Assembly (NCBI GenBank): GCA_943788295.1
Contig: CALSPS010000002.1
Coordinates: forward strand, 44,442-108,441
Reading direction: 5' to 3'
From: Candidatus Poseidoniaceae archaeon
GTDB taxonomy: Archaea > Thermoplasmatota > Poseidoniia > Poseidoniales > Poseidoniaceae
DNA length: 64,000 nucleotides
The translations under genes and the position numbers were made by a program. Every line of letters begins with the position of its first letter. Position 1 is the stretch's first letter. Under the pieces are notes generated by a model. That model was given only the letters and a program-made list of their open reading frames with translations, ran no database searches and was not told the DNA's origin. This document shows, one piece after another, positions 38,601-47,587 of the stretch.

Positions 38601-40822
38601 CGATGGATCTCTACGATCACCGCACGCCCTCAAGCACTCAAACCATCCAAATCCAAATCACAGACCAGCCTGTGCTTCCAACCAATGTTCAAGCCATGGT
38701 ATGGCGCGAATGGATCGATGATGACAATGCCAATCAATGGCCAGATCCAGGTGAATACCAGGGCCTTGGCTTGTATGTGCCCAATGATTTGACGTCGTTG
38801 ATTGGCCAGTACACACTGCTTCTCGATGACACCGGTGGTAGCCTTGGGCAGAAGGTGTCAGTGTACATTTCAGGCACCGATGACGCTGGCCAAGCAATCG
38901 AGAAAGGTGGGTCCAACGAAAGTGGCGAACACCTGTTCATGTACCAACTCGCAATTGACGGTGCCCCTGCCGTCGCCTCAGGTGCGTTTGCTTACGAAAC
39001 AGGACGCGAACCTTGGCTGCACCCTCAGACGCCTTACACCATCAACGTCGACCTTACAGAGCCGAACGGAGGTTCTGACCTCACCGATGTCTTCGTGGAA
39101 TTGGCCTCGAACCAAGGCAGCGACACCTTGCCAATACAATGGGATTTCTCGACCGGTAACTGCACCACAACAAGCCCTCATCTCATCATCATTGATTGCA
39201 CCATGTTAGGGGCAAACGGGCCAGCAGACCCTTACGAACGGGACATTACACTGAACATTGAATTCATGCTCGCGTGGACCACTCCCGATTTGGGAGAGAC
39301 CCGCAGAGAGCCTGGCGTGCGCGTCATTGACCGAGCTGGTCAAGAGGTGTTCAAGGCCTTCCCCGAACACCGGTGGCGCTTCTCTGCAGCAATGGAAATC
39401 CCCGAGGAATCCGTTGGTCTGATCCTCTCCCAAGGCTCACTGCTTGGCGACGGTGCGCGACTTGCCCCGAACAGTCCGCTTGAGGTCGCTGGTGGGGTTG
39501 TGTTTAGCCAAACCAATGCTGTGCCGGTCTTTGATTGTGAAGTGAATGTCTTGTTTGCAGGTACGACCTATTCTGCGACAACCTACGAGGGCGTCTGGTC
39601 GATGGAACTCCGGGCACCCTCCCAGTCAGGCACTCTGCCACTGACCTGGAGCGTTGGATGTTTACAAGGTCAAGGCGTTGATGCAACCGACAAGGAAACT
39701 TCAGTTCGGTGGATCGTCGTCGATGGAACCGGGCCGGAGCCTGTCGAAGTACTGAATCCGAGACCCGCAGCGATCTTAGCTGCAGATCTTCACGAAGTTC
39801 GAGTCATGCTTTCCGAAGAAGGTGGACTTGAGGTGGATTCCCTCGAACTTGTCTGGTGGGTTGAAGAAAAAGCGACCGGTGACCGACTTCGTAATGGCGT
39901 GGAACCATTGACGCTGGTCGGTACTGAAATTTCAGGCCTGAGGTTGGAAGTCTTCGGCAGCATTGATTTGAGCGTGGTCACGGCAGAGATGCTTGAGAAC
40001 CGATTGGAACTGCATGTCGTCGTTACTGGTCGGGACCTAGCCGACAATGAAGTCTTGGGGCTCGGGGCAACTCCAGTCGGAACGCCGGTTGGCGTTTGGG
40101 AAATGGAGTGGCTCAAGCCGCAGTTCGAAATTGAACAGGGGTCTGTCGAATACTCACGTGTGATCATTGAAGTCGGTCAAACATCGATTGTGACAGCCTA
40201 TGTGAAAAACACCGGCACCCTTGATGGGAGCGTCGATGTCGTGTTCACCATCGTGAACGCAGATGGCAACCGCTCCACACTAAGGCGGACTTCAGCAGAA
40301 GTTCAGCAAGGGGGCGAAGTGCCTGTTCAGGTCGATTGGAATCCAGAATCACCTGGTCTTCAATGGATTGAAGTCACGCTTGAAAACGACCAAACTTCGA
40401 GTGGACCGTCCATCGATGTGCGGCCAACACGAGCAGAATCCTTGTCCGAGCGTGTGTTTGGCAATGTCAATCCCGTTCTCGGCAGCGTTGCTGCCTTGTT
40501 GTTTGTCTCGATCATCGTCACCGGTCTTCTCTATGCTGCGAGGATGACCCGTCGTAAAGGTTCCAAAGCCGAATACGATTGGGACGAGTATTCCTCTGAG
40601 TTGGAAGACGATGAGTATGAAGATGAAGTTGAAGATGAAGCGGTTCGCGTCGAAGCAACTGCAGCTGCGGCAACCGCAAGCACAGCGGCCACCAGCACCA
40701 ATGCAGATTCAGAAGAAACCGATTGGGTTCGAGGCTCCGATGGCTACTGGTGGTATCACGATAAAGCCGCCAACGAATGGTGGTACAAAGATTCAGAAGG
40801 GAACATCGTGCGGCACGATTGA
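35642..40822 (+). CDS. Giant surface protein (1726 aa) with a signal peptide, a MAM/concanavalin-like module, long beta-rich repeats, a CARDB-like module, a TM anchor and an acidic tail ending in a WW-like aromatic motif.
   Basis: Signal: GLKTALFLGLLMVLGG. The MAM-like module (nt about 36050-36526) runs LWDFNSGLQGWTV...LKVQYKT.SGSWTTL...IRFEQVRG...FWFIDDVHL. CARDB-like: YVKNTGTLDGSVDVVFTI. The TM is VLGSVAALLFVSIIVTGLLYAARMTRRKG. Tail: EYDWDEYSSELEDDEYEDE...DGYWWYHDKAANEWWYKD. Confidence 0.85.
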   Translation: MFEVLERIGRSMAGASGLKTALFLGLLMVLGGPLNTMMLDHPASAPTPVLEEMNVASAMAGENASFLLPGNNLASTSFTVDVPSDAPVTSIHLEMQPAVQPTQTGFVWNDNTAWSASTATHNGTFGSDGYLTGDGGGTLWDFNSGLQGWTVSASTYVGRYTGTGAGSGATGCGYNGSAGGSIKTQAQSTPEHATSPIVNLAGLNTIPLHAWIRQGSSSCGEEADSGEDLKVQYKTTSGSWTTLNTWSGATSGGAPTQWMGTLPAAALHANTQIRFEQVRGSGTCCDFWFIDDVHLALPPSADWTSPTIGFSQSDHQRVNGGPWAPLYINAEVPAGAHLNWTVLDASTGEPIDGMSGSNDRVIPVNALDWQTYTSLQVQLLLKPSPSGEMATVYSISGDGHYSVDSTHSAAFDGWISETGGVNFIEGMDVYVGEVNDSFTSPWFTPSAALSEITIDATMSLAQAQIRTPGNMLWTNITLPYSLDLVGHEGTFGMHQVQFIAASNNSSDMWELTAFKTSSLGGLQPTSPSIDFGQDGLIEWGGSDARVGSWGWQDRFENGETSIDANPGISGSSSAKAWVPVTDLTSFAFTALSSQGTLDGVTLRIGNDQIASWDLNGSTSLALNATQLESMSTVLASLTSTVGALGTSFAEVTFEVIGTGNVTLGGLGVPYSVSASVDTGSDSSFVLALNAARYGLSPSNGLHQITLPFASETPGGIRVSIEGLNSSSAVQMVSSQMLVDEPVLTPSQHWQTMNTTYNVYGSQASMARLEVSDGTTSGTWLLPFAGGSVGLGASEHIELHPDHALVVIESGVQITTSVTFRIEPTWDDAEVMTVRSRLVLSNSVISIPSVHVWGAIGGQGYENDLEIKEVMFTDVGASRTLNSADYYLKAGIDVDLSVRVGFEGLDTTDAFADGDAMLSLYRGETMVANTTMLDENYWNYSDVVPFTFGTLTWRIELTSLNGSGLTEDAIFERTFHVDSVNPQVLSTSMDLYDHRTPSSTQTIQIQITDQPVLPTNVQAMVWREWIDDDNANQWPDPGEYQGLGLYVPNDLTSLIGQYTLLLDDTGGSLGQKVSVYISGTDDAGQAIEKGGSNESGEHLFMYQLAIDGAPAVASGAFAYETGREPWLHPQTPYTINVDLTEPNGGSDLTDVFVELASNQGSDTLPIQWDFSTGNCTTTSPHLIIIDCTMLGANGPADPYERDITLNIEFMLAWTTPDLGETRREPGVRVIDRAGQEVFKAFPEHRWRFSAAMEIPEESVGLILSQGSLLGDGARLAPNSPLEVAGGVVFSQTNAVPVFDCEVNVLFAGTTYSATTYEGVWSMELRAPSQSGTLPLTWSVGCLQGQGVDATDKETSVRWIVVDGTGPEPVEVLNPRPAAILAADLHEVRVMLSEEGGLEVDSLELVWWVEEKATGDRLRNGVEPLTLVGTEISGLRLEVFGSIDLSVVTAEMLENRLELHVVVTGRDLADNEVLGLGATPVGTPVGVWEMEWLKPQFEIEQGSVEYSRVIIEVGQTSIVTAYVKNTGTLDGSVDVVFTIVNADGNRSTLRRTSAEVQQGGEVPVQVDWNPESPGLQWIEVTLENDQTSSGPSIDVRPTRAESLSERVFGNVNPVLGSVAALLFVSIIVTGLLYAARMTRRKGSKAEYDWDEYSSELEDDEYEDEVEDEAVRVEATAAAATASTAATSTNADSEETDWVRGSDGYWWYHDKAANEWWYKDSEGNIVRHD

Positions 40823-40839
40823 GACGGGCGTTGAGTTCA

Positions 40840-42600
40840 ATGAACCGGACAATTGCATTGCTTCAAGTCGACTCCACAGTGGGTGATCTAAGCGGTAATG
40901 CTAGCCGCATCGAATCGCTTGCGGCCCTCGCTGCAACCAACGGTGCAGCCCTTGCATTGAGCACTGAACTTGCCATTTGTGGTTACCCACCCCGGGATTT
41001 ACTGCTCCAAGCAGAATTTGTCGCCCTCGCTCAAACGAAGGCTCGTGAACTCAAAGTGGCCATGCCAGTGCTCGTCGGAACCCCTCTGTCACCCGACAAC
41101 GACAAACAATTGCCAAGCAACGGCGTTGTTCGATGTGGCCCCTCGGCAACCTCTGAGCATTCGAACAGAATTGTTGCCCGAAAGCAACTCCTTCCAACCT
41201 ACGATGTCTTTGATGAAGCGCGTTACTTCAAGCCCGATAATCGCTCGGGGATCGCCCGAACAATCGCGGGTTTAGATCTCGGTGTGACGATTTGCGAAGA
41301 CGCTTGGCAGGCTGCTGGCATGACACCATCCGCATACGCAGCCGACCCAATCGAATCGCTCGCTGAATGGGGTCGCCAAGGCGTGCACCTCGATGCAACG
41401 GTGAACCTCTCTGCATCACCCTACCATGCTGACAAATTAGCAGATCGCATTCATGTGTGCCGAACAGCCGCTTCCGTGCTTGGTCATCCATTCCTCATGG
41501 CGAACCAAGTGGGTGGAAACGATGACCTCCTGTTCGATGGCAACTCCCTTGCCGCTTGGCCAGATGGACGGGTGGTTATTGCCCCTGCTTGGAAAGAAGG
41601 TGTGCTCATGGTTGACCTTGATGATCCCGATGCTTGCGTTTGGATTGCTTCAACTTCAGACGATGCTTTGGACGTTGGCAATGATGCACTTCGGCAAGTT
41701 TCTCCTCACGAAGACGGCAGAGAACACGAGCGAGAAATTCTCGATGATTTGGCGGATGCTGTGGTGACTGGCTTGAGCGATTATTGCCGAAAGTCCGGTA
41801 TCACCTCGATTGTTCTGGGGCTTTCTGGCGGGATTGATTCCGCTGTCGCAGCGTGTGTTGCAGCAGCAGCGGTTGGACCGCACAATGTGACTGGGTTGGC
41901 GCTCCCATCTCGGCATTCTTCGCAACATTCCATCGATGACGCCGCTCATACTGCGCAAGCGCTTGGGTTGGTGTTTGAAACCATTCCAATTGACGGCATG
42001 CATGTGGCGGTTGAAGCCTCCATTGGTTCAATGCTTGATGCGGGTGCAGCGGTCGCCGGTGAGAACCTGCAAGCGAGGCTGCGTGGATTGACGGTCATGG
42101 CTCATGCCAACGCACAAGGTAAAATGGCCATTGCTACAGGAAATAAATCTGAACTGGCTCAAGGGTATTGTACCCTCTATGGAGACATGGCTGGCGGATA
42201 CACGCCCCTTGGCGACCTCTACAAAATGCAGGTCTATGGCTTGGCAGAAGTCTTCAATCGACGCGCCATCGAAGGCGGCCTCACACCTCCGGTCAACGCT
42301 TCCACACTGACAAAACCTCCATCTGCTGAACTTGCACCCGATCAAATTGATGAAGATTCACTGCCGCCATATCCCGAACTTGACGCAATTCTGAGTGCGC
42401 ACATCGAAGAAGGCTTGGACGGAACAAGCATTGCCGAGCGTGGGCATGACCCTGCCGTCGTTCTCGATGTCCTCACAAGGCTTGAGCGCAACGAACACAA
42501 GCGCTGGCAAATGTCACCTGCGCCTCGCGTTTCAACCAGAGCCTTCGGCCAAGGATGGCGTCGACCGCTTGCATCACGCCATGATTGGCGTCGCTCCTGA
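40840..42600 (+). CDS. nadE: Glutamine-dependent NAD+ synthetase (CN-hydrolase domain plus NAD synthase domain).
   Basis: ATG 40840 gives MNRTIALLQV. Nitrilase-type LGVTICEDAW, PP-loop VLGLSGGIDSAVAA and KSELAQGYCTLYGD. Confidence 0.9.
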   Translation: MNRTIALLQVDSTVGDLSGNASRIESLAALAATNGAALALSTELAICGYPPRDLLLQAEFVALAQTKARELKVAMPVLVGTPLSPDNDKQLPSNGVVRCGPSATSEHSNRIVARKQLLPTYDVFDEARYFKPDNRSGIARTIAGLDLGVTICEDAWQAAGMTPSAYAADPIESLAEWGRQGVHLDATVNLSASPYHADKLADRIHVCRTAASVLGHPFLMANQVGGNDDLLFDGNSLAAWPDGRVVIAPAWKEGVLMVDLDDPDACVWIASTSDDALDVGNDALRQVSPHEDGREHEREILDDLADAVVTGLSDYCRKSGITSIVLGLSGGIDSAVAACVAAAAVGPHNVTGLALPSRHSSQHSIDDAAHTAQALGLVFETIPIDGMHVAVEASIGSMLDAGAAVAGENLQARLRGLTVMAHANAQGKMAIATGNKSELAQGYCTLYGDMAGGYTPLGDLYKMQVYGLAEVFNRRAIEGGLTPPVNASTLTKPPSAELAPDQIDEDSLPPYPELDAILSAHIEEGLDGTSIAERGHDPAVVLDVLTRLERNEHKRWQMSPAPRVSTRAFGQGWRRPLASRHDWRRS

Positions 42601-42639
42601 TGTCGGAATGACTCAAAAACAGGACCTACTGCCCCAAGC

Positions 42640-43464
42640 ATGGAGCAGGCAATTGTGAACATAGCGGGGTACCGTTTTGTTGACTTGCCCGACCGCGATT
42701 CCCTTCGCCAACCCATGATTGATGCCTGCGCATCCTCTCAATTGAGGGGAACCATCCTTCTTGCTCATGAAGGCATCAATTTTTTCTTGGCTGGTGACGA
42801 ACAAGGCATCGAGGCCTTCTTGTCTTTTCTTGATCAGGATGTTCGGTTCCTCGATATCCCGCTCAAACGATCCCACACCACCTACCAACCGTTCAATCGA
42901 ATGAACGTGAGGTTGAAGCAAGAAATTATTTCGATTGGAATGGATGAAGTCAAGCCAGCAGAATTCACTGGAGAAACGATTGCACCAAACGAGTTCAAAC
43001 AATGGCTCGATGAAGGAAAAAGCGTTACTGTCCTCGATACCCGCAACGATTACGAGATTCGCTTAGGGACATTCGAGAACGCTGTCGATCTTGACATCAC
43101 CAGTTTCCGAGCCTTCCCAGCCGCCATTGAAGCCTTGCCAGAAGACATCAAAGACACGCCAGTGGTGATGTTTTGCACGGGAGGCATTCGATGTGAGAAA
43201 GCCAGTGTTGTCATGCTTGAAGCTGGCTTCAAAGATGTTCGTCAACTTGAGGGTGGAATTCTTGGTTACTTCGAACAGGTAGGCGGCGCACACTGGAACG
43301 GAGATTGTTTTGTCTTTGATCATCGTGTGGCTTTGACTCCCGAACTGGAGGAATCAGATGCAGTGCAGTGCTTTGCCTGCAGGCAACCTCTCTCAATGGA
43401 AGAGCAAGAATCTCCGGATTATGTGGTGGAAGTGTCCTGCCCTTACTGCATTCACCTTCGGTGA
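42640..43464 (+). CDS. trhO: Rhodanese-domain protein of the UPF0176/TrhO family (tRNA uridine-34 hydroxylase-like).
   Basis: IVNIAGYRFV.L.D, rhodanese active-site loop MFCTGGIRCEKAS and the C-terminal Cys pairs CFACRQP...CPYC. Confidence 0.75.
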   Translation: MEQAIVNIAGYRFVDLPDRDSLRQPMIDACASSQLRGTILLAHEGINFFLAGDEQGIEAFLSFLDQDVRFLDIPLKRSHTTYQPFNRMNVRLKQEIISIGMDEVKPAEFTGETIAPNEFKQWLDEGKSVTVLDTRNDYEIRLGTFENAVDLDITSFRAFPAAIEALPEDIKDTPVVMFCTGGIRCEKASVVMLEAGFKDVRQLEGGILGYFEQVGGAHWNGDCFVFDHRVALTPELEESDAVQCFACRQPLSMEEQESPDYVVEVSCPYCIHLR

Positions 43465-45675
43465 TTATGCCGGCCAAATCAACCATTCACCGTTTAGACT
43501 TCCGTGGCTGAATGCTTGCCATTCATGGCCTGTTGTTCCATCGTTGGCAATGAAAAACACTTGATGTTCGGACACCACAAGCCCTCCAAAGGTCCCTGCG
43601 TTGGAGTTGTTGTTGAGACCCGACCACGGGTCGTGAACCATCTGTGGTGGGTTTGTTTCATCCAACACCCAAAGGCATGAACCAGTTTCTACGCCATCGA
43701 TTTGACCACTGGCGATCATAAACAGAACCTCGCCCGATGTTGCAAAACCACGAATAAGAGCGCTGGCTGAACCTGCACGCAAGTCCGTTTCAGTTCGGGT
43801 TCCAGGTGCAGTGCCATCGGTGGAGCACACCTCTTGAGCAATCGATGGTGCGACGCAATCGAACCACAATCGGTCCTGATGCACAACGCCCCCAGCCAAA
43901 TCACCCGGGGCCAGAATGGTTTCAGAAAGCAAAGAGGTTGTCGCCTCAGTCAAGTGATGGCTCCACACCTGGGGATCGACACCGGAGGTGAGGGCATCAA
44001 ACACAATCACATCGCCAAGCAGGTGTAGCCCAAGGTGCTCCCCCACGTATTGAGTTGGATTCCCCGTTCCAGAGTGACTCATGGCCGTCAGCCAAAGGTG
44101 CGATGAATCGTGATTCAAACGAACCAATTGCCGACCTTGACCGTTGTCTGCGACCGTCACGAGGCCTCCTGAGACACCGACTGAAGCACTCGGGGTTGAA
44201 TCGCCCTGTGTCAAATCCCAACTTCGCAACATTCCATTCTCATTCAAGGCGTATGGTTCAATTCCTGCAGATGATTTTGCGCTGAACCACAACCATCCTT
44301 CTTCGACCGTCAACAATGACGACTGGTATGAGGTGAGGTTGGCCATCATCGCTCGTTCGTTGGCTCCCAAGGCAACGTTGAGTCTTGGATGATCAAACGC
44401 ATCGATGGTTGAACTTCCGTTGGTCCATAAGAGTGCGTCAATTCCATTGAGCATCACCACGCCATCGAGCCACGCTACAGATTGGACCGGGCCATTGACG
44501 TTGGTGTTCACCGGGCCGTTGAGCCTCTGGGTTCCAGCTGCCGTACCGTCGGTCATCCAAAGATGCCGACCATTGATGCCATCGTCAGCATCGAAGACAA
44601 CCGCTTCTGTACCGTTGTTGTTCAAGGGTATGAATCCAGTGTATCGCCCGGGGAGGGAATCTCCTGTGGGGTTCAAATCGACCAGCATCGATGCTGTTCC
44701 AGTGCTGTTTTTCGACCACAATTCACACCCGTGGGACCCGTCGCTACCAGCGGTGATCAGCACCGAGGATTGGGGCATCCATGCCAGTTGGTCGCAACCA
44801 GGTGCGACTCCATCAGAATTGCCAGAGTTGAAATCCCCAACAGGGCCTGAGTTGAGCGGTTGGCTGCACAAGTTGAGGCTGCTGCGGACTTCATCTGCAT
44901 GAAGCATGCCATCAAAGGCTTGGCCCTCACCCATGCCGTCATCGATTCCAAATTGGATGCTGATGCCGCTTGAACAGACGCTGGCTAAAGGTGTGCGTTG
45001 TTCCACAAGCGCTGGAGCGCCGTCCACGCCACTCGCACCGTTGGACCCTTGGCCACCGTTCGCACCTGACGGGCCAACGGCTCCATTGCAAAGCAACTGA
45101 ACTTCCAAAACTTCGTCAGAATCGAGGCCTCCATTGGCATTTTCGTCAACGCCGGTCGAAATGGCCGAACCGCCTGAAGGACAGGTTTCATTGCCAAACG
45201 GTATGGGTTCTGTTTCGACCCAACTCGACGGCCCTGTTGCTCCAACGATTGAAACGCCATTGTTACCACGTTCACCGTGGCAAAGGTTCGTGGTTGAGGT
45301 GACTTCCTCGCCATCCAAGTACTGATTGAGGTTGTGATCAACGCCGATGAGGATGAGAGAACCACCTTCAGCGCACAGTCCATCCGCATCGCGTCCCTCG
45401 GTTCGGACGAGCAATTCATTGGGCTCAGTTGTCCGATCGGATTCTTCCGTCCATGTGGCAACGGTGTACGCAGCATAACTGGAACCGGCTAAGGCAAGCA
45501 TGAGCATGAAGACTTGGAGCACAGCAAGGACCATCGGTTTTCGGGCTGGACTGACGCTTTGTGGCGCGGTGGAGTGTTGCCTCGCCGTTAGAGCAGGCAC
45601 CGGTTTTGATGCGGTGTCGGTTGCAGGTTCGCCTGCGATAAGTCTGGGGCCTTCCAGTTCGTCGGGGGGTGACAT
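43465..45675 (-). CDS. N-terminally anchored surface protein with three Cys-bounded D/N-rich repeats, a short collagen-like G-X-Y run and ELWxxDGT-type repeats.
   Basis: ATG 45675 (MSPPDELEG), TM MVLAVLQVFMLMLALAG. Repeats are GVDHNLNQYLDGEEV..LCHG, GVDENANGGLDSDEV..LCNG and GIDDGMGEGQAFDGMLHADEV..LCS. (G-X-Y)x8 at 45013-45084. ELWSKNSTGT, HLWMTDGTAAGT, LLWTNGSS, EVCSTDGTAPGT. Confidence 0.75.
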   Translation of the reverse strand: MSPPDELEGPRLIAGEPATDTASKPVPALTARQHSTAPQSVSPARKPMVLAVLQVFMLMLALAGSSYAAYTVATWTEESDRTTEPNELLVRTEGRDADGLCAEGGSLILIGVDHNLNQYLDGEEVTSTTNLCHGERGNNGVSIVGATGPSSWVETEPIPFGNETCPSGGSAISTGVDENANGGLDSDEVLEVQLLCNGAVGPSGANGGQGSNGASGVDGAPALVEQRTPLASVCSSGISIQFGIDDGMGEGQAFDGMLHADEVRSSLNLCSQPLNSGPVGDFNSGNSDGVAPGCDQLAWMPQSSVLITAGSDGSHGCELWSKNSTGTASMLVDLNPTGDSLPGRYTGFIPLNNNGTEAVVFDADDGINGRHLWMTDGTAAGTQRLNGPVNTNVNGPVQSVAWLDGVVMLNGIDALLWTNGSSTIDAFDHPRLNVALGANERAMMANLTSYQSSLLTVEEGWLWFSAKSSAGIEPYALNENGMLRSWDLTQGDSTPSASVGVSGGLVTVADNGQGRQLVRLNHDSSHLWLTAMSHSGTGNPTQYVGEHLGLHLLGDVIVFDALTSGVDPQVWSHHLTEATTSLLSETILAPGDLAGGVVHQDRLWFDCVAPSIAQEVCSTDGTAPGTRTETDLRAGSASALIRGFATSGEVLFMIASGQIDGVETGSCLWVLDETNPPQMVHDPWSGLNNNSNAGTFGGLVVSEHQVFFIANDGTTGHEWQAFSHGSLNGEWLIWPA

Positions 45676-45810
45676 GTGATTGGAAAATGACCTCAATGGT
45701 ATCAAATCCTTCGGTTGAAGCGAAATTTCGCAGATTATAGAGGTTTGAGCGAACTTCCGTTGTGATTTTTGAGGGGGTGAGTTCATGAGCGTCCTTTGCG
45801 TGCGTCACTC

Positions 45811-47583
45811 ATGGAGTTGCCACCTCGCCTCTCAGCCCAACTGAATGGAGATGAAGGTCCAACTCGGCAAAAAGCCGCACGCTTGGTCGTTGACCTTGCC
45901 ATCACCGCCAATGCAAGCGGGTTCATTGAAGTGGACCATGCACACGTTTCAGGCGTTTCTGTCATCACTGGCGGGCATGGACTTCGCCGTTTTCTGGCCG
46001 ACCTCTCGAGTTCAGGCGACGGAAAAGTGGTCATCCCGACCACATTGAACTCAGCCGGTTGCGATAAGGAAAAGATGGAAGAGATGGATATTGAATGGCC
46101 AGACTTCCTTGAACAACAATTCGAAATCGTCCAAGCATACGATGCTCTCGGGCTCGAGGCGACGCTATCCTGTACGCCATACGACCGTGGTATTGAGCAA
46201 GAAGAGGGGGTGGCCTCTTGGGCTGAATCAAATGCAGTGTGTTTCTCAAACACATGGACCTCCTTGATCACAAACCGTGAGTCTGGCCTATCTGCACTTG
46301 CCACCGCATTAACCGGTTTCGCTCCTAAATGGGGCCTTCATCTGGAATCTAACAGAACGCCAAACATTCGTGTTCAGGTTGAATGTGAACTCCATACACT
46401 TGCGGATTGGTCGGTTCTTGGGGATTGGATTGGCAAGCAAGTTCTCCCTGGATGGAAGCTTCCTTGGGGCCCGATGCCGTTTATCCAAGGGTTGCCTCAA
46501 CGAGCAACTTTTGCCCGTAAAAAAGCACTCACTGCAGCAGCAGCGAATTATGGAACACCTATGCTTTGGGCAGAAGGTTTGTCGCAGGCCCCTCCGTTGA
46601 AGCAAGACGAGGATGGAGCATGGAGCGCACCTGATGGAGGCTGGCAAGGGGAACTCACCTTTACCGCAGACGACCTCGCCTCTCGGTACGCTGACCTTGC
46701 GCCTGAGGGCCAAGTTGATTTGGTCGTGATTGGATGCCCACAAGCAAGTTTGGAAGAAATCAGAATCACGGCTTCAACCGTTCGCTCCTATGCCGAAATG
46801 GGCTCCAAAATTCCAGACCAACGGCTTTGGGTGTTCACAAGCGGGGCCAATTACGATCTTGCTCTTGCCGATGGCAGCATCGAATTGCTCGAGCAAGCTG
46901 GCGCTGTCATTTTGAAGGACACCTGCCCCGAAGTGACGCCTTACAACCGAACCAAATACAATCACCTGCTGACCAACTCGCTCAAGGCAGAGCATTACCT
47001 CACCAGCGGCTTGAATCGCCTGCCAACGAGCGTCCTTCCCATTCAACAGTGTGTTGCCCACGCCTTTGACCCCGATCTTTCATCGGGTGAACGTCCGCAA
47101 CTGGCAGCAAAAGCACAACCGCAGCATGCAAGCAATAAGACGCCACAAACTGGTTTGGTGACCCTCAAAGGAGAAGGTCTGCTGAGTCAAAAGGAGTTCT
47201 CGGTTCGCGGCCGAGCGATGGTAACCGATGTGCCCATCACCTACCTTGGCTATGTGAATCGGGACACAGGTGTGGTGGAAGAATTTGGTCACCCACTTGA
47301 TGGTCGGGCCATTGAAGACACGATTTTGATGTATCCAAAGGGCTCAGGTTCGACGGTTGCGCCCTATGTCTTGATGGGTTTGCTCTACACTGGTAAGGGC
47401 CCGAAAGCCATCGTCAACAGCGATGTTTGCCCACTCACCTTGCCAGCATGTTCCCTGCTCAACCTCCCCTACGGTCACGCCTTTGATCAAGACCCATGCA
47501 TGAACATCAACGATGGTGATCTGATTGAAATGACCTCTTTGGATGGCGTGGTCCACATCAAGGTCCTTGAACGTGCGAGTTGA
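45811..47583 (+). CDS. Fused aconitase-X family protein (DUF521 catalytic domain plus DUF126 swivel domain).
   Basis: DUF521-like: IEVDHAHVSGVS....G..G..FL..L...G.KV.IPTTLNSAGCD, LSCTPY and ASWAESNAVCFSNTW..LITNRESG.SAL..ALTG..P.WGLHL. DUF126-like C-terminus: GRAMV....ITYLGYVNRDTGVV....HPL.G..I.D.IL.YPKGSGSTV. The ORF-track start at 45796 is TTG; ATG is at 45811. Confidence 0.8.
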   Translation: MELPPRLSAQLNGDEGPTRQKAARLVVDLAITANASGFIEVDHAHVSGVSVITGGHGLRRFLADLSSSGDGKVVIPTTLNSAGCDKEKMEEMDIEWPDFLEQQFEIVQAYDALGLEATLSCTPYDRGIEQEEGVASWAESNAVCFSNTWTSLITNRESGLSALATALTGFAPKWGLHLESNRTPNIRVQVECELHTLADWSVLGDWIGKQVLPGWKLPWGPMPFIQGLPQRATFARKKALTAAAANYGTPMLWAEGLSQAPPLKQDEDGAWSAPDGGWQGELTFTADDLASRYADLAPEGQVDLVVIGCPQASLEEIRITASTVRSYAEMGSKIPDQRLWVFTSGANYDLALADGSIELLEQAGAVILKDTCPEVTPYNRTKYNHLLTNSLKAEHYLTSGLNRLPTSVLPIQQCVAHAFDPDLSSGERPQLAAKAQPQHASNKTPQTGLVTLKGEGLLSQKEFSVRGRAMVTDVPITYLGYVNRDTGVVEEFGHPLDGRAIEDTILMYPKGSGSTVAPYVLMGLLYTGKGPKAIVNSDVCPLTLPACSLLNLPYGHAFDQDPCMNINDGDLIEMTSLDGVVHIKVLERAS

Positions 47584-47587
47584 AGGT

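Noticed and set aside
45783-46304. 173-aa minus-strand ORF antisense to the AcnX 5' region.
   Set aside because: The plus-strand frame carries unmistakable DUF521 motifs. The antisense ORF has no features of its own.
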